Of a DNA stretch of 64,000 nt, positions 46,464 through 56,529 are shown piece after piece. The stretch's first letter is position 1; each line of letters begins with the position of its first letter. This stretch comes from Desulfobacteraceae bacterium (GTDB lineage Bacteria; Desulfobacterota; Desulfobacteria; Desulfobacterales; Desulfobacteraceae): contig JAWSVI010000003.1 of the NCBI GenBank assembly GCA_033851995.1, forward strand, positions 52,794-116,793, given 5' to 3'. The position numbers and the translations under genes are program-made. The notes under the pieces were generated by a model. That model had not been told where the DNA came from. It made no database searches and was given only the letters and a program-made list of their open reading frames with translations.

Positions 46464-48887
46464 TCACTCAAAATATCCATCTATCTTAATCTTTGCTTCT
46501 GCATAGGACTCTTTTTTTTCTTCTTCAAGCGATATACTGTAAATATCTTTATCAATTACTTTCTGTGCTTTTTCCCCCTTTATGATCGTAAATTTTGCCA
46601 CCTGATTTTTTACTTTAATCATGGGGTTTGGGCAATTATCCTGCTCATCTCTTCTAAATCTGAAAAAATCCTTCCTGGCCTCAAGGGCTTTGATCTTTTT
46701 CTGTTTTTCCTCAACCTGGGGTTGCAGCTTTCTGGCCTGTATATCAAAAGCTTCCGCCCGGGCCTTATATCTCTTTTCAGCTCTCTGGGTCTCCCTTACA
46801 GCAGCTTTATGCATACCAGTAACAGAATCATGCAGTTCTTCAACATATTGTCTTTGGTCCTCCGAAGATAAATTTTCAATTTTCCGGCAAACTGTTTCCA
46901 TAAACTTGTAGGCTTTGGTTTTTTCCTGGATGGTGATATCAGAATCCTTCGGATGACTGCCTCGTTGGGATTCATATGTTTCAATTTTCTGTGAAACTGT
47001 TTCAATATCATCTAATTGATCATCGTTGAGAATCCTGGATAGATATCTGATTGCATTCTGCTTCTCAAGGTATTCATTTTGTACCTGAACTTTATCAATT
47101 AATAAATCAGACAGTTTCTCCAACTCTTCTTTATGTAAAATTTCGTTTAATTCCCCGGATATCTCCTGGATATCCTGATCGATTTTTTCAGTTTGCAGAA
47201 CATATTCCCTCCCAACCCATAATATAGAAGGCGCTCTCTGGGTGGAGACAATATTTTTGACCACGATATCGCAAAACGAAGTGGCCCGGGATGATATCAA
47301 ATCTGATTTTGGAGCATTGATCCCTTTTTCTCCCACAATGATTGAATTCCTGATATTCCGGGCAGCATGAACTATTCCCATTGCATGAATTCTAACTGGT
47401 TCATCAGGCAGTTCTGACCCATCTCCTGTTTGCCCGATATGGCCGTACACATCAACGTCATCAGTAACCGTGACATGACCCAGAATATCCCCTTTGATAT
47501 CAAGTTTATGGCATGACACATTAATACCCGGGTCAATATTGCCCTCAACTTTTAATATGGTATACGGCTCATTGATATCAGAAGATATATCCCCGGGAAT
47601 CGTTTTGGTGGTGTATTCAGGATCAGCCGGAAGAATAAACAGAGTCCTTTCCCTGTATAATCGGGGATACCCGTCAATCATCGCAATAAATTTATTCCCA
47701 CTGTGTGCCACCCCCTCTCCGCAGTTCAGGAGAACCGTTGATTCTTCTGGTGAATAAACCGGACGACCGAACACATCAGTTCCCGATTCCCCGTTTTCAG
47801 AATAACTGAGTTCAGCGAGTGTATCTCCCTCTCTAACTGCCGGCAATATCTCAGGCTTCTGCTGCGTATCAAAATAAAATTTTGTGGATATCTCTCTGGG
47901 CTCAGATGGGAAATCACCCTGGGCAACCATCAACTGTTCTCCGAGTTCATTTTTCTCCAGGAAGGCATCCATTTCCTCATCAGGGCAAATTCCAAATATA
48001 ATACCAGAGAGGGCAAGCCATTCTATAAGGGCCTGGGAATCTACCGGGGATTCTTCTTTGGCCACTCTCCTTACCCAGGCCGTCAACTTATCACCGGACA
48101 CATAATATTCAAAAAAATTATCCAGGCACTTATTCAAATCCCTTTGCGAAGAATATTCCTCCAGTTTTTCTTCCAGCTCCATCCGCCTGACTTCAAACTT
48201 CTTCTGCATTTTCAGGATCTTCAAAATTTCATCATCCGCAATATTGAAAAGCTCTTGTAAAATCTGTCCAAGATAGCGCCTTTCTCCGGTTTTCAGGACT
48301 TCTTTATTCTGCTGTTTAAGCGCCTGGTTTAACTGTTCAGTGGAAATCAAGCCTTTTTTCACGGCAATCGCGCCAAAACGTTTGTTGATATCAATCCGCT
48401 CTATTTCAGAGGCCCCAATCATTTCAAGCGCCTCTGCCAGGAACTCATCTTTAATCCGGTCCTGAGTTAACAAAACTGCGGTTTGATCCTCCAGGGACAT
48501 CTCATTGTTGTTTACAAGAATATCACCGATTTTAACGCTTTTTTTTCTTTTTCGAAATATCGCCACCTGAATCTCAAGGGCTTTTTGGACATCCTGGGGA
48601 GACACAAACTCATTGGCCACTCCAATTTTGCCAAACTTTTTATCAGCCATCAGTGTATCAAGATGTTTTCTAATGGCAAACAGCATCTCGATTTTATCTT
48701 TTGAAAGGATCTTTTTTTCAAGGAGAAACCGGGCAACAACATTGCCTTTTTGATTCTTTGAATATTCAAACAACCGGGGAAGAATTTCTTCTTCCTGTTC
48801 CGGTGAAATAAACCGGCAGTTTACGGCAAGTTCGATTAGTGCCTGACGTTCTTCTTCACTTTGATGCTCGTCTGTTTTTGGGCCCAT
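46464..48887 (-). CDS. FapA/DUF342-like protein with N-terminal MshEN-like repeats
   Basis: VSGDKLTAWV, GIIFGI, VREGDTLA, GTDVFGRPV, GEGV DUF342 pattern; RFG...GLISTEQLNQALKQQ-type repeats. Confidence 0.7.
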   Translation of the reverse strand: MGPKTDEHQSEEERQALIELAVNCRFISPEQEEEILPRLFEYSKNQKGNVVARFLLEKKILSKDKIEMLFAIRKHLDTLMADKKFGKIGVANEFVSPQDVQKALEIQVAIFRKRKKSVKIGDILVNNNEMSLEDQTAVLLTQDRIKDEFLAEALEMIGASEIERIDINKRFGAIAVKKGLISTEQLNQALKQQNKEVLKTGERRYLGQILQELFNIADDEILKILKMQKKFEVRRMELEEKLEEYSSQRDLNKCLDNFFEYYVSGDKLTAWVRRVAKEESPVDSQALIEWLALSGIIFGICPDEEMDAFLEKNELGEQLMVAQGDFPSEPREISTKFYFDTQQKPEILPAVREGDTLAELSYSENGESGTDVFGRPVYSPEESTVLLNCGEGVAHSGNKFIAMIDGYPRLYRERTLFILPADPEYTTKTIPGDISSDINEPYTILKVEGNIDPGINVSCHKLDIKGDILGHVTVTDDVDVYGHIGQTGDGSELPDEPVRIHAMGIVHAARNIRNSIIVGEKGINAPKSDLISSRATSFCDIVVKNIVSTQRAPSILWVGREYVLQTEKIDQDIQEISGELNEILHKEELEKLSDLLIDKVQVQNEYLEKQNAIRYLSRILNDDQLDDIETVSQKIETYESQRGSHPKDSDITIQEKTKAYKFMETVCRKIENLSSEDQRQYVEELHDSVTGMHKAAVRETQRAEKRYKARAEAFDIQARKLQPQVEEKQKKIKALEARKDFFRFRRDEQDNCPNPMIKVKNQVAKFTIIKGEKAQKVIDKDIYSISLEEEKKESYAEAKIKIDGYFE

Positions 48888-49012
48888 AAGACTTACGAAC
48901 TCCGCAATAGGTTTAGCGAAACTATTTTGGCGATACTTTTTTTAGGAATTAATATGAATCTTACTATAAAAAAAACCATAGTAAGATTCAAGAAAATAAT
49001 CGGAAAGCCCGG

Positions 49013-52000
49013 TTAAGGGGCGGTACGTTCGAGCAGGCGGTTAATGCAGTCCACATACGCCCTGTTCTGGCAGGGTTTAGACAAATGATCCAGATACCTG
49101 TCCTTCTGGGTCAAAGAAATAACGGACTCAAGAAAATCAATGTTTCCGGAAATAAACAAAATGGGAACATGTGTGTTGGTTTTCCGTATCTCATTATACA
49201 GATCCATCCCATTGAGTCCTCCGGGCAGGAGGTAGTCAAGGCTGATCAAATCGTAAGATTCTTTTTTCAGAAAATCCAATGCCACGTGTCCATTTTGTGC
49301 GACATCCACTTGATGAAAAAACGGTTCTCCAATAAGAATCATGGACTGGACATCAGAAATAGATTGTTCATCTTCTACAATCAGTATTTTTTTCTTTATA
49401 ACCAATGTAGATTTTTCAACTTCAATTTTTTCTTTTTTTGTCAAATCCCTTTTAATTACAGGCAGGGATAGAAAAAATCGCGTCCCCTCATTAACCTGTG
49501 TTTCAAACCAGATTCTTCCTTTATGTTTTTCAACAATCTTTTTTACATTAAACAAACCATATCCGGTTCCCTTAACCGATTTGTCATAAACCCCCAGGAC
49601 ATCTTTTGAATTCTTCAATGTAAATGCCGGGGTATAGATACTGTTCTGATGTTCAGGCGGGATACCGCAACCGTTATCAATAACCTCTATCAGAATATTT
49701 TCTTCATCATGGCTGGTATGAATGATAAGCTGCGGATTCCCGGTCTTGCTCATGGCATGTATTGAATTATGGATAATATTGACCAGGGCATTTTCAATCA
49801 TACCCGGATCTGCCAAAAGCTCAGGCATATACTCGCCGAAATATTTTGAAACCCGTATGTCTTCCAGGTCCTTTTTTAAAAGATTAAGCACAAGATTAAT
49901 TTTCTCATTTAGATCAAAATAATCCTGCCTGGGCTCCTGATCCTTTGCAAAGGCAACCAGGTTCCGGGTAAGATTTCTTCCCCGTTTAGTCTGCTCCAGT
50001 ATCAACTCAAATGTCTGCCGGGTCTCCTGATCCTCACACTCAAGCAAGCTCAGCTCGGTATTCCCCATGATCGCACCCAGTATATTGTTGAAATCATGGG
50101 CCATTTTCCCTGCAACCTGGCCTATCAGGGCATACTTTTCCTGTTCGGCAGCATGCTGCTGAGCCGTCTGTTTTTCCTTCTGGGCTTTTTTATAGTCTGT
50201 AGCATCCTCAATGGCGACAACAATACATTTTTTACCTGTAATGCTCACTTCCTGTGAAGACAGATATCCATCCCGGGTCTCCCCTTGACTGTTGAAAAAG
50301 CGTATATCCATATGGGAAATTGTTTCGCTTTTCTGAAGAATATCAATGGAAGGAAGGCTTTCCGGGGCAAACAAAAGATCTGCCTGCAATATGTTTTTCC
50401 CTAATATATCTTTTTCCAGAAAACCTGTAATTTTTATACAGCTTTGATTGACATCCAGAATGCTTAAATCGTCGCGGGTAGCAATCACCAAACCCACCGG
50501 GCTGGAATGAAATATCTTCTCAAATCGGTCTTCACTCTCCCTGAGCGTCTGGTTTGCCGCTGTGAGTTCATCAATAAGCAGGATGGAGTTTAATCCGTCT
50601 GACACCCGTCTGCCGATAGCGTTGAACAGCACCTGATCTTCACTGGTCCAGGGTGCGGGGCTCTCACAGCGGTGAATTCCCAACAGCCATGCTTGATCAA
50701 TTTTAGGATAAATGGCCATCCGAATCTCAGATTTGATACCATATTTATCCGCCATTCTCCCATACATCCGGCACATAGCCTCCTGCTCATACAAAACGGG
50801 CCGGTCCGATGCCAGGGCTTTCTCCATAGACCGGGCAAGCTCAGGATTAATCTTTATTTTTTTATCTGAAGCTCCCAATCCTTTATGTCCAGCCCTGGAA
50901 CTTTCCACACTGATGGTGAAATATTTTGCTTTTGGATTACAGGGATTCAACAACCAGACCCTGTCGCACTCAAAGATATCCAGCATGGCGTCCAGAAGAT
51001 TCTGCAAAATGTCTTTGGTATGGCGCGTATGGATTATAATATGATTGATTGTATCCAGATGTTTTCTGTTTATTTCAGCTTTTTTCCTGACAGTCTCATC
51101 GTTACAGACCACAGCAATCTCTCCTGAAGGCAGCTTATAAACATAGTTTTCCCGCCAGGCAGTAATCCGTTTGTTCTCATAATTACGCGTGGGGAGGTGT
51201 TCTGGCAGCCCTGAGGTATGAACCCGCTCCATTACATCAACCAGCCCCGATTTCCTCATTTCAGGAAACACCTCACTGACCGATTTGCCCAACACTTCAT
51301 CCAAACTTACATTTTCAATACGCTGGGCTGCTTTATTAAAACTTTTTATTATAAAATCCTGACCGTGATCTAACACAGAATATATTGCAACGCCTGAATA
51401 GATGTTTTCAAACATTGCCTTAAGCCTTGCTTCACTCAAAACAAGCGCTTTCTGGGATTTCTCCCTGGCTTTTATTTCCCTGTTCAAACGGTTATTGAAA
51501 ATATACAGTGCAATGGTGATCATCAAGAACAGAAAAATCCCACCGCTGAGGCAGGCAATCGCTACCTGTGTCCAAAAAGGATCTCTTCCTGTAGAAGGCT
51601 CGTATACGAACCCTTCCAAAGAGTAGTCTTTTTCGATAATGCCATGGCGGACAAAGGTTTCAGCAATATGCTTCCATCGCCCCGGGTTGTTCTGGCCTAT
51701 TGCAACCAGATCCGGCAGTATCAGCTTATCCATTGAAGCAGCTTCGTATCTCAAGTGTGCCAAGGTTTTATCCGGATTATACTTTTGATGAATCAGGTGG
51801 ATGATTTCCTCTTTATTGGCCATGGCATATTCCCAGCCTTTGATGCTGGCTTGTCTGAATGCCTGCACCCGATGTGGAAATTTTTCTATATAACTCCGAG
51901 TCGTAAATAAAGTGTCACCATAAAAATCCACCCCATATGCCAGGGGGTAAATAATCGTGTAATCTATCCCCTTTTCCTTATAATAATAGGGTTCATTTGT

Positions 52001-52588
52001 CACATACACAGACAGAACATCAATGCTGTCATCAAACAAATCCTCAGGGGTTACAAGACCTTCTGCCTGTTTAAACTGATTAAATCGAACCCGTTCATTT
52101 AACAGGGTTGCATGCAGTTCAAGGTCCCTGATTTGCTGCGATATTTTAAGCCGTTTGCCGATGAAATCCTTTGGATGCCTGATTAATGTTTCTTTGCGTG
52201 TCATAAAAGCCAAAGGAGAGTGTTGAAATATAGGAGCCAGCACAACCACGGGTTTGTTATCTTTAAGTCGATAAAGTAAAATTTCAGAATTGGTTACGCC
52301 GAACTGGGCAGTGCCTGAAATCACTTCCCCCACAGTATTGACACCAAACCCGCCTGGTTTAATTTCTACAGTGAGGCCTTCGCGCTGATAATATTTTTTC
52401 TCTTTTGCAGCATAAAAACCGGCAAATTGAAATTGATGATGCCATCGAAGCTGCAGAGTAATTTTATTACGAGGTGTTTTCAAGCCTTCCTGTGCTGCGG
52501 ACAAAGCCGGGAAGGCAGATAGCCCGACCAGACAAATCCCGGCCAGACCGATCAGGATGACACGGAATTTAAAATCCGATATTTTCAT
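49013..52588 (-). CDS. Hybrid sensor kinase (NMT1/THI5-like periplasmic binding domain, PAS, GAF, PAS, HK, receiver)
   Basis: LQLRWHHQFQFAGFYAA, TM, H-box AHDFNNILG, DNGCGI, GTGYGL, ISLDYLLPG. Confidence 0.9.
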   Translation of the reverse strand: MKISDFKFRVILIGLAGICLVGLSAFPALSAAQEGLKTPRNKITLQLRWHHQFQFAGFYAAKEKKYYQREGLTVEIKPGGFGVNTVGEVISGTAQFGVTNSEILLYRLKDNKPVVVLAPIFQHSPLAFMTRKETLIRHPKDFIGKRLKISQQIRDLELHATLLNERVRFNQFKQAEGLVTPEDLFDDSIDVLSVYVTNEPYYYKEKGIDYTIIYPLAYGVDFYGDTLFTTRSYIEKFPHRVQAFRQASIKGWEYAMANKEEIIHLIHQKYNPDKTLAHLRYEAASMDKLILPDLVAIGQNNPGRWKHIAETFVRHGIIEKDYSLEGFVYEPSTGRDPFWTQVAIACLSGGIFLFLMITIALYIFNNRLNREIKAREKSQKALVLSEARLKAMFENIYSGVAIYSVLDHGQDFIIKSFNKAAQRIENVSLDEVLGKSVSEVFPEMRKSGLVDVMERVHTSGLPEHLPTRNYENKRITAWRENYVYKLPSGEIAVVCNDETVRKKAEINRKHLDTINHIIIHTRHTKDILQNLLDAMLDIFECDRVWLLNPCNPKAKYFTISVESSRAGHKGLGASDKKIKINPELARSMEKALASDRPVLYEQEAMCRMYGRMADKYGIKSEIRMAIYPKIDQAWLLGIHRCESPAPWTSEDQVLFNAIGRRVSDGLNSILLIDELTAANQTLRESEDRFEKIFHSSPVGLVIATRDDLSILDVNQSCIKITGFLEKDILGKNILQADLLFAPESLPSIDILQKSETISHMDIRFFNSQGETRDGYLSSQEVSITGKKCIVVAIEDATDYKKAQKEKQTAQQHAAEQEKYALIGQVAGKMAHDFNNILGAIMGNTELSLLECEDQETRQTFELILEQTKRGRNLTRNLVAFAKDQEPRQDYFDLNEKINLVLNLLKKDLEDIRVSKYFGEYMPELLADPGMIENALVNIIHNSIHAMSKTGNPQLIIHTSHDEENILIEVIDNGCGIPPEHQNSIYTPAFTLKNSKDVLGVYDKSVKGTGYGLFNVKKIVEKHKGRIWFETQVNEGTRFFLSLPVIKRDLTKKEKIEVEKSTLVIKKKILIVEDEQSISDVQSMILIGEPFFHQVDVAQNGHVALDFLKKESYDLISLDYLLPGGLNGMDLYNEIRKTNTHVPILFISGNIDFLESVISLTQKDRYLDHLSKPCQNRAYVDCINRLLERTAP

Positions 52589-52812
52589 TCAAGGCTATTC
52601 ATTTTTAATATTAATATAAATAATCAGTAATTCTTGTAATAAAGCTGATATTAAAAATCAAGGGATAATCGGGTTTGCAGGTGTTCACATATACAGGGAT
52701 ATTACTTTTTGAAAATTTATAGTTCAAATTGAAAAGAAAGCCTGAAAGTACAAATCGTTGTTTAAAAACATAAGACACTGAAATAACAACTCATTAAACA
52801 GCAAATATTTTG

Positions 52813-52829
52813 CTGGCATGCACATTGCT
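52813..52829 (+). promoter_or_regulatory. Sigma54 (-24/-12) promoter
   Basis: CTGGCATGCACATTGCT, GG-N10-GC, ~60 nt upstream of ATG 52889. Confidence 0.72.
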
Positions 52830-52888
52830 ATATCATAGTCAGAAGTTGCAGTTTATTTTTTATTATTTTTTTTAAAAAGGACAACAAA

Positions 52889-53419
52889 ATGAAACACAGA
52901 ATATCAAAAACCAGTTTAATCGTCAGTATCTTTGCCATCACTCTTTTTGGGCTAAACACAACAGTGCTTGCCGACGGGATGGGTAATTACTTTAACGCTC
53001 CTAAGAACGTTCAAGAACTAAATGCCAGATTTGGAGCGCCTGTCAAAATTATCGAGATGGACAATGGGATTAAAAAAATGTTCTATGGCCAGAAGACATC
53101 ATACACTGATTACCTGTATTACCTTACCCGCGATGGTCAGGTAACAGGCTATGGCACCTGCGGAACCCTGAATGTAAAGAAGGCAGCGGCCAAAACCAAT
53201 ACCCTGCCTGAGCCATACAGCAACATGACCAGATACTATCAAAACCATCCAATGACAACAAAAACACTTAAAGAAAAATGGGGGGAGCCGATCTCCACCC
53301 ATGAGTATGATAATAATATCACCAAACTGACATTCGGGCCAAAACTCTCTTATGTCGGGTACACTTATTTCCTTACCCGGGATGGGATGGTCATCGACCA
53401 GAACGTCACAGGCGATTAA
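52889..53419 (+). CDS. Exported hypothetical protein with two internal repeats
   Basis: Signal peptide; two ~55 aa units (ARFGAPV...Y.YYLTRDGQV / EKWGEPI...YTYFLTRDGMV); AAGGA RBS. Confidence 0.8.
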   Translation: MKHRISKTSLIVSIFAITLFGLNTTVLADGMGNYFNAPKNVQELNARFGAPVKIIEMDNGIKKMFYGQKTSYTDYLYYLTRDGQVTGYGTCGTLNVKKAAAKTNTLPEPYSNMTRYYQNHPMTTKTLKEKWGEPISTHEYDNNITKLTFGPKLSYVGYTYFLTRDGMVIDQNVTGD

Positions 53420-53429
53420 AAAGATCATT

Positions 53430-53477
53430 TGCAAAAAGGCCCATCGTTAAATTCAACTAACTATTGGCCTTTTTGCA
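53430..53477. terminator. Inverted repeat between convergent genes (probable bidirectional terminator)
   Basis: TGCAAAAAGGCC ... GGCCTTTTTGCA 12-bp stem. Confidence 0.6.
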
Positions 53478-54378
53478 TGGCCTCCTTAAACACTTCAAAT
53501 TCCTTCTTAGACAGACCCTGAACACCAAAAGGGCGCTGGCTTTTATCATGGCAGTCTGATCCCCCGGTGATCAGCAGATTGTATTTCTTTGCCCACTCTT
53601 TCAAAATCTCCTGATGTGCCGGAATGTGGCCGGGGTAGTAAACTTCCAGACCCTGTATGCCCGCATCAATGAACTCCGGCAGAATCTTTTCAACAACTTC
53701 CAGAGAAGGCAGGACTTCTTTATAATGCCCCTCTCCGGGAAAAGAACCCGCAGCAGGATGGGCCAGCACGGCAATAACTTCTTTTTTTTGTACAATCTGC
53801 CTTGCCTGCTCAAGATCTATCCCCGAAGGCAGGTAGGCAGGGCTGTCGTTTCCAATTATCCGATTGACTACTTCCGGGTCTGTGATGCCGTGAACCTGGT
53901 TAAGGGCAAGGGCAAAATGACGCCGGGTGGCATTATCACTGAGCTGCGAAATATGTTCAAACGTCAGCTCTTTTTTCAAAATTGCGTTTTTTTGATCAGG
54001 GCCAAAAACCCGGTTGATTTCATCCACCCTTGCTCTGACCAGTTTTTCCCCTCTCCCATTTGCCATTACAGAATTGACAAAATCGACAAAATCCTTGACT
54101 TTCAATAGTTTCGAAGGAAAATAGCACAAAAGATGCAAGGTCCCTGTAAAATAGGAACGCTTAAACCGGACTGACAGCTCCACGCCGCAAACCACTTCTA
54201 TTTTGGCTTCATTCCCAGCGGAAACTGCGGATTTCAACCCTTTCAAAGTGTCGTGATCTGTTATTCCTATCGCCTTGATGTCAAAGGCTTTTGCCTGATC
54301 CACAATTTCAGATGGTGAAAAATCTCCATCTGAAGCTGTGGTATGATTGTGCAAATCCGCAAATATGGTTTTTCCCAT
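53461..54378 (-). CDS. PHP-domain metal-dependent phosphoesterase (TrpH-like)
   Basis: DLHNHTTASDG, ITDHDT, GVELS, LAHP, GGSDCH. Confidence 0.9.
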   Translation of the reverse strand: MGKTIFADLHNHTTASDGDFSPSEIVDQAKAFDIKAIGITDHDTLKGLKSAVSAGNEAKIEVVCGVELSVRFKRSYFTGTLHLLCYFPSKLLKVKDFVDFVNSVMANGRGEKLVRARVDEINRVFGPDQKNAILKKELTFEHISQLSDNATRRHFALALNQVHGITDPEVVNRIIGNDSPAYLPSGIDLEQARQIVQKKEVIAVLAHPAAGSFPGEGHYKEVLPSLEVVEKILPEFIDAGIQGLEVYYPGHIPAHQEILKEWAKKYNLLITGGSDCHDKSQRPFGVQGLSKKEFEVFKEAMQKGQ

Positions 54379-54576
54379 GGGTTTCTCCCTGTGCCTACAA
54401 ATTTGTTATTTCTGTGTCATGTTCCTGTTTTCTCAATCATTTTCCAACCGATCTTCCCATTCCTATGCTTTAAAACTTTTTTTAAAAAAAAGAAGATAAT
54501 ATTTGTTTTTTCTAAATTTAATGGTAGAAGGGAACGAACGATTTTAACAAAATAATTTTGGAGAGTACATTAAAAG

Positions 54577-56505
54577 ATGGATATTATCAATGAATTAGGA
54601 AAAGTGGATTCTGAAGAAAGCGCCAAAGTCATTTTCAAACAGTATATGGACACCACCCATTTAGACCGAATTTTAAAAATTACCAACCCGGACGTACTGA
54701 AGAGAATTGCTGATGCAATCGTCCTTTGCAACCCAAAAGAAGTTTTTGTCAATACCGGTTCGGATGAGGATCAAGCATTTATAAAAAATCTTTCATTGGA
54801 GAAAAAAGAGGAAAAACCTCTGGCCATGGAGAACCATACCATTCATTTTGACCTGGCTCAGGAACAGGGACGTATCGTTGACCGGACCTATTACATAGCC
54901 AACCCGGAAGATCAGATATCCTCCCTTGCCAACCGGATGGACCGGCAGACTGCTCTTGAGGAAGTCAGGTCCAACATGACCGATATCATGAAAGACAAAA
55001 CCATGATTATTGGTTTTTACATGCGCGGCCCGGTGGGCTCTCCAGTTTCCAATCCCGCCCTGGAAATAACCAGTTCCACATATGTCTCCCACAGTGCAGA
55101 ACTTTTATACAGAAATGCATATGCTGATTTTAACAAAGAAGTGGAAAACCTTGGTCATTTTTTCACCAATGTTCATTCAGAAGGCCTGAACCGCCCTGAA
55201 GATCTTCCCAATGCAAGAGTGTTCATGGATCGCCAGTACCGGACCACTTTCAGCTGGAAATGCACTTATGCCGGCAACACCCTGCTGCTTAAAAAAGGAA
55301 ACCACCGCTTTGCAGTTGATAAAGCTGTTTATGATAACCCGGGCAATGAACTGTCCGAACATATGTTCATTACAGGGATCAATGGCCCGGGACGAACTAC
55401 ATGGTTTGCCGGAGCCGCACCAAGCGGATGTGGTAAGACCACCACAGCCATGGCTGGAAATGTATTTATCGGTGATGATCTGGCTCAGATGTGGATAGCC
55501 AACGACGGCAGTATCCGCTCCGTCAACCCTGAATGCGGTATTTTCGGGATTGTAGAAGATGTAAACCTTGACGGTGACCCCATGCTGATGAAAGTGCTGA
55601 GACAACCTGGCCATGAAGTGATCTGGTCTAATGTTCTTGTTGATGATAAAAATGTCCCTCACTGGATAGGCAACAATGAAGAACATCCTGCTGAAGGGAT
55701 TAACTTCCAGGGTGAGTGGCATGAAGGCAAAACAGACAGCGACGGCAAACCGGTTCCACTGTCCCACCCCAACTCAAGATGTACCTTGAGTTCCACATCC
55801 CTGGAAAACTACTCTAAAGAAGCAGAAAATCCCGAAGGTGCTTTAACAAGAGTGTTCACCTATTCAGGAAGAGATGCAGACACCATGCCGCCGGTATGGG
55901 TAGCCAAAACATCTGATGCCGGTGTTGTAATCGGTGCCTGTATTGTATCGGCCGCCACTGCTACAGAAGTCGGGGCAAGCGGTGTAAAAAGAGCACCCTG
56001 GGCCAATGCACCTTTTATACCCGGCGCATTGGGTGACTACATGGATGCCCAGTTTAAATTCTTTGGCAACGACAAGATCAAAAATGAATACAAACCTGTT
56101 ATGGCCGGCCTGAACTACTTTTTGACAGACCAGGCAAGAGGTGGTGACTCCTCAAAACTGATCGGTGAAAAACGGGATGTTAAAGTCTGGCTCTCCTGGC
56201 TTGAAAGATATGCCCACAATGAGATCGACTATTTGTCAACACCGATTGGAAATATCCCTAAATATGAAGATCTTCAGGCGTTATTTAAAGAAATCATTGA
56301 TAAAGAGTACACAAAAGATTTATATATTAAACAGTTTTCTTTATATCTGGATAATATTATCAAACGGGTGGAACTCCAGCAGGAAGCATATTCAAAAGAA
56401 GATGGTATTCCGCAGACCCTGTTTGACATTTTAGCCCAGCAGAAAGAAGAACTTCTGGCACTTAAAGAAGAAAAAGGCAGCATCGTATCTCCAGATACTT
56501 TTTAA
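54577..56505 (+). CDS. pckG: Phosphoenolpyruvate carboxykinase (GTP)
   Basis: YAGNTL..KK, EHMFI, GAAPSGCGKTT, GDDLA, NPECGIFG, HPNSRC. Confidence 0.9.
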   Translation: MDIINELGKVDSEESAKVIFKQYMDTTHLDRILKITNPDVLKRIADAIVLCNPKEVFVNTGSDEDQAFIKNLSLEKKEEKPLAMENHTIHFDLAQEQGRIVDRTYYIANPEDQISSLANRMDRQTALEEVRSNMTDIMKDKTMIIGFYMRGPVGSPVSNPALEITSSTYVSHSAELLYRNAYADFNKEVENLGHFFTNVHSEGLNRPEDLPNARVFMDRQYRTTFSWKCTYAGNTLLLKKGNHRFAVDKAVYDNPGNELSEHMFITGINGPGRTTWFAGAAPSGCGKTTTAMAGNVFIGDDLAQMWIANDGSIRSVNPECGIFGIVEDVNLDGDPMLMKVLRQPGHEVIWSNVLVDDKNVPHWIGNNEEHPAEGINFQGEWHEGKTDSDGKPVPLSHPNSRCTLSSTSLENYSKEAENPEGALTRVFTYSGRDADTMPPVWVAKTSDAGVVIGACIVSAATATEVGASGVKRAPWANAPFIPGALGDYMDAQFKFFGNDKIKNEYKPVMAGLNYFLTDQARGGDSSKLIGEKRDVKVWLSWLERYAHNEIDYLSTPIGNIPKYEDLQALFKEIIDKEYTKDLYIKQFSLYLDNIIKRVELQQEAYSKEDGIPQTLFDILAQQKEELLALKEEKGSIVSPDTF

Positions 56506-56529
56506 TATTTAACACATGGAGGGTCGTCC

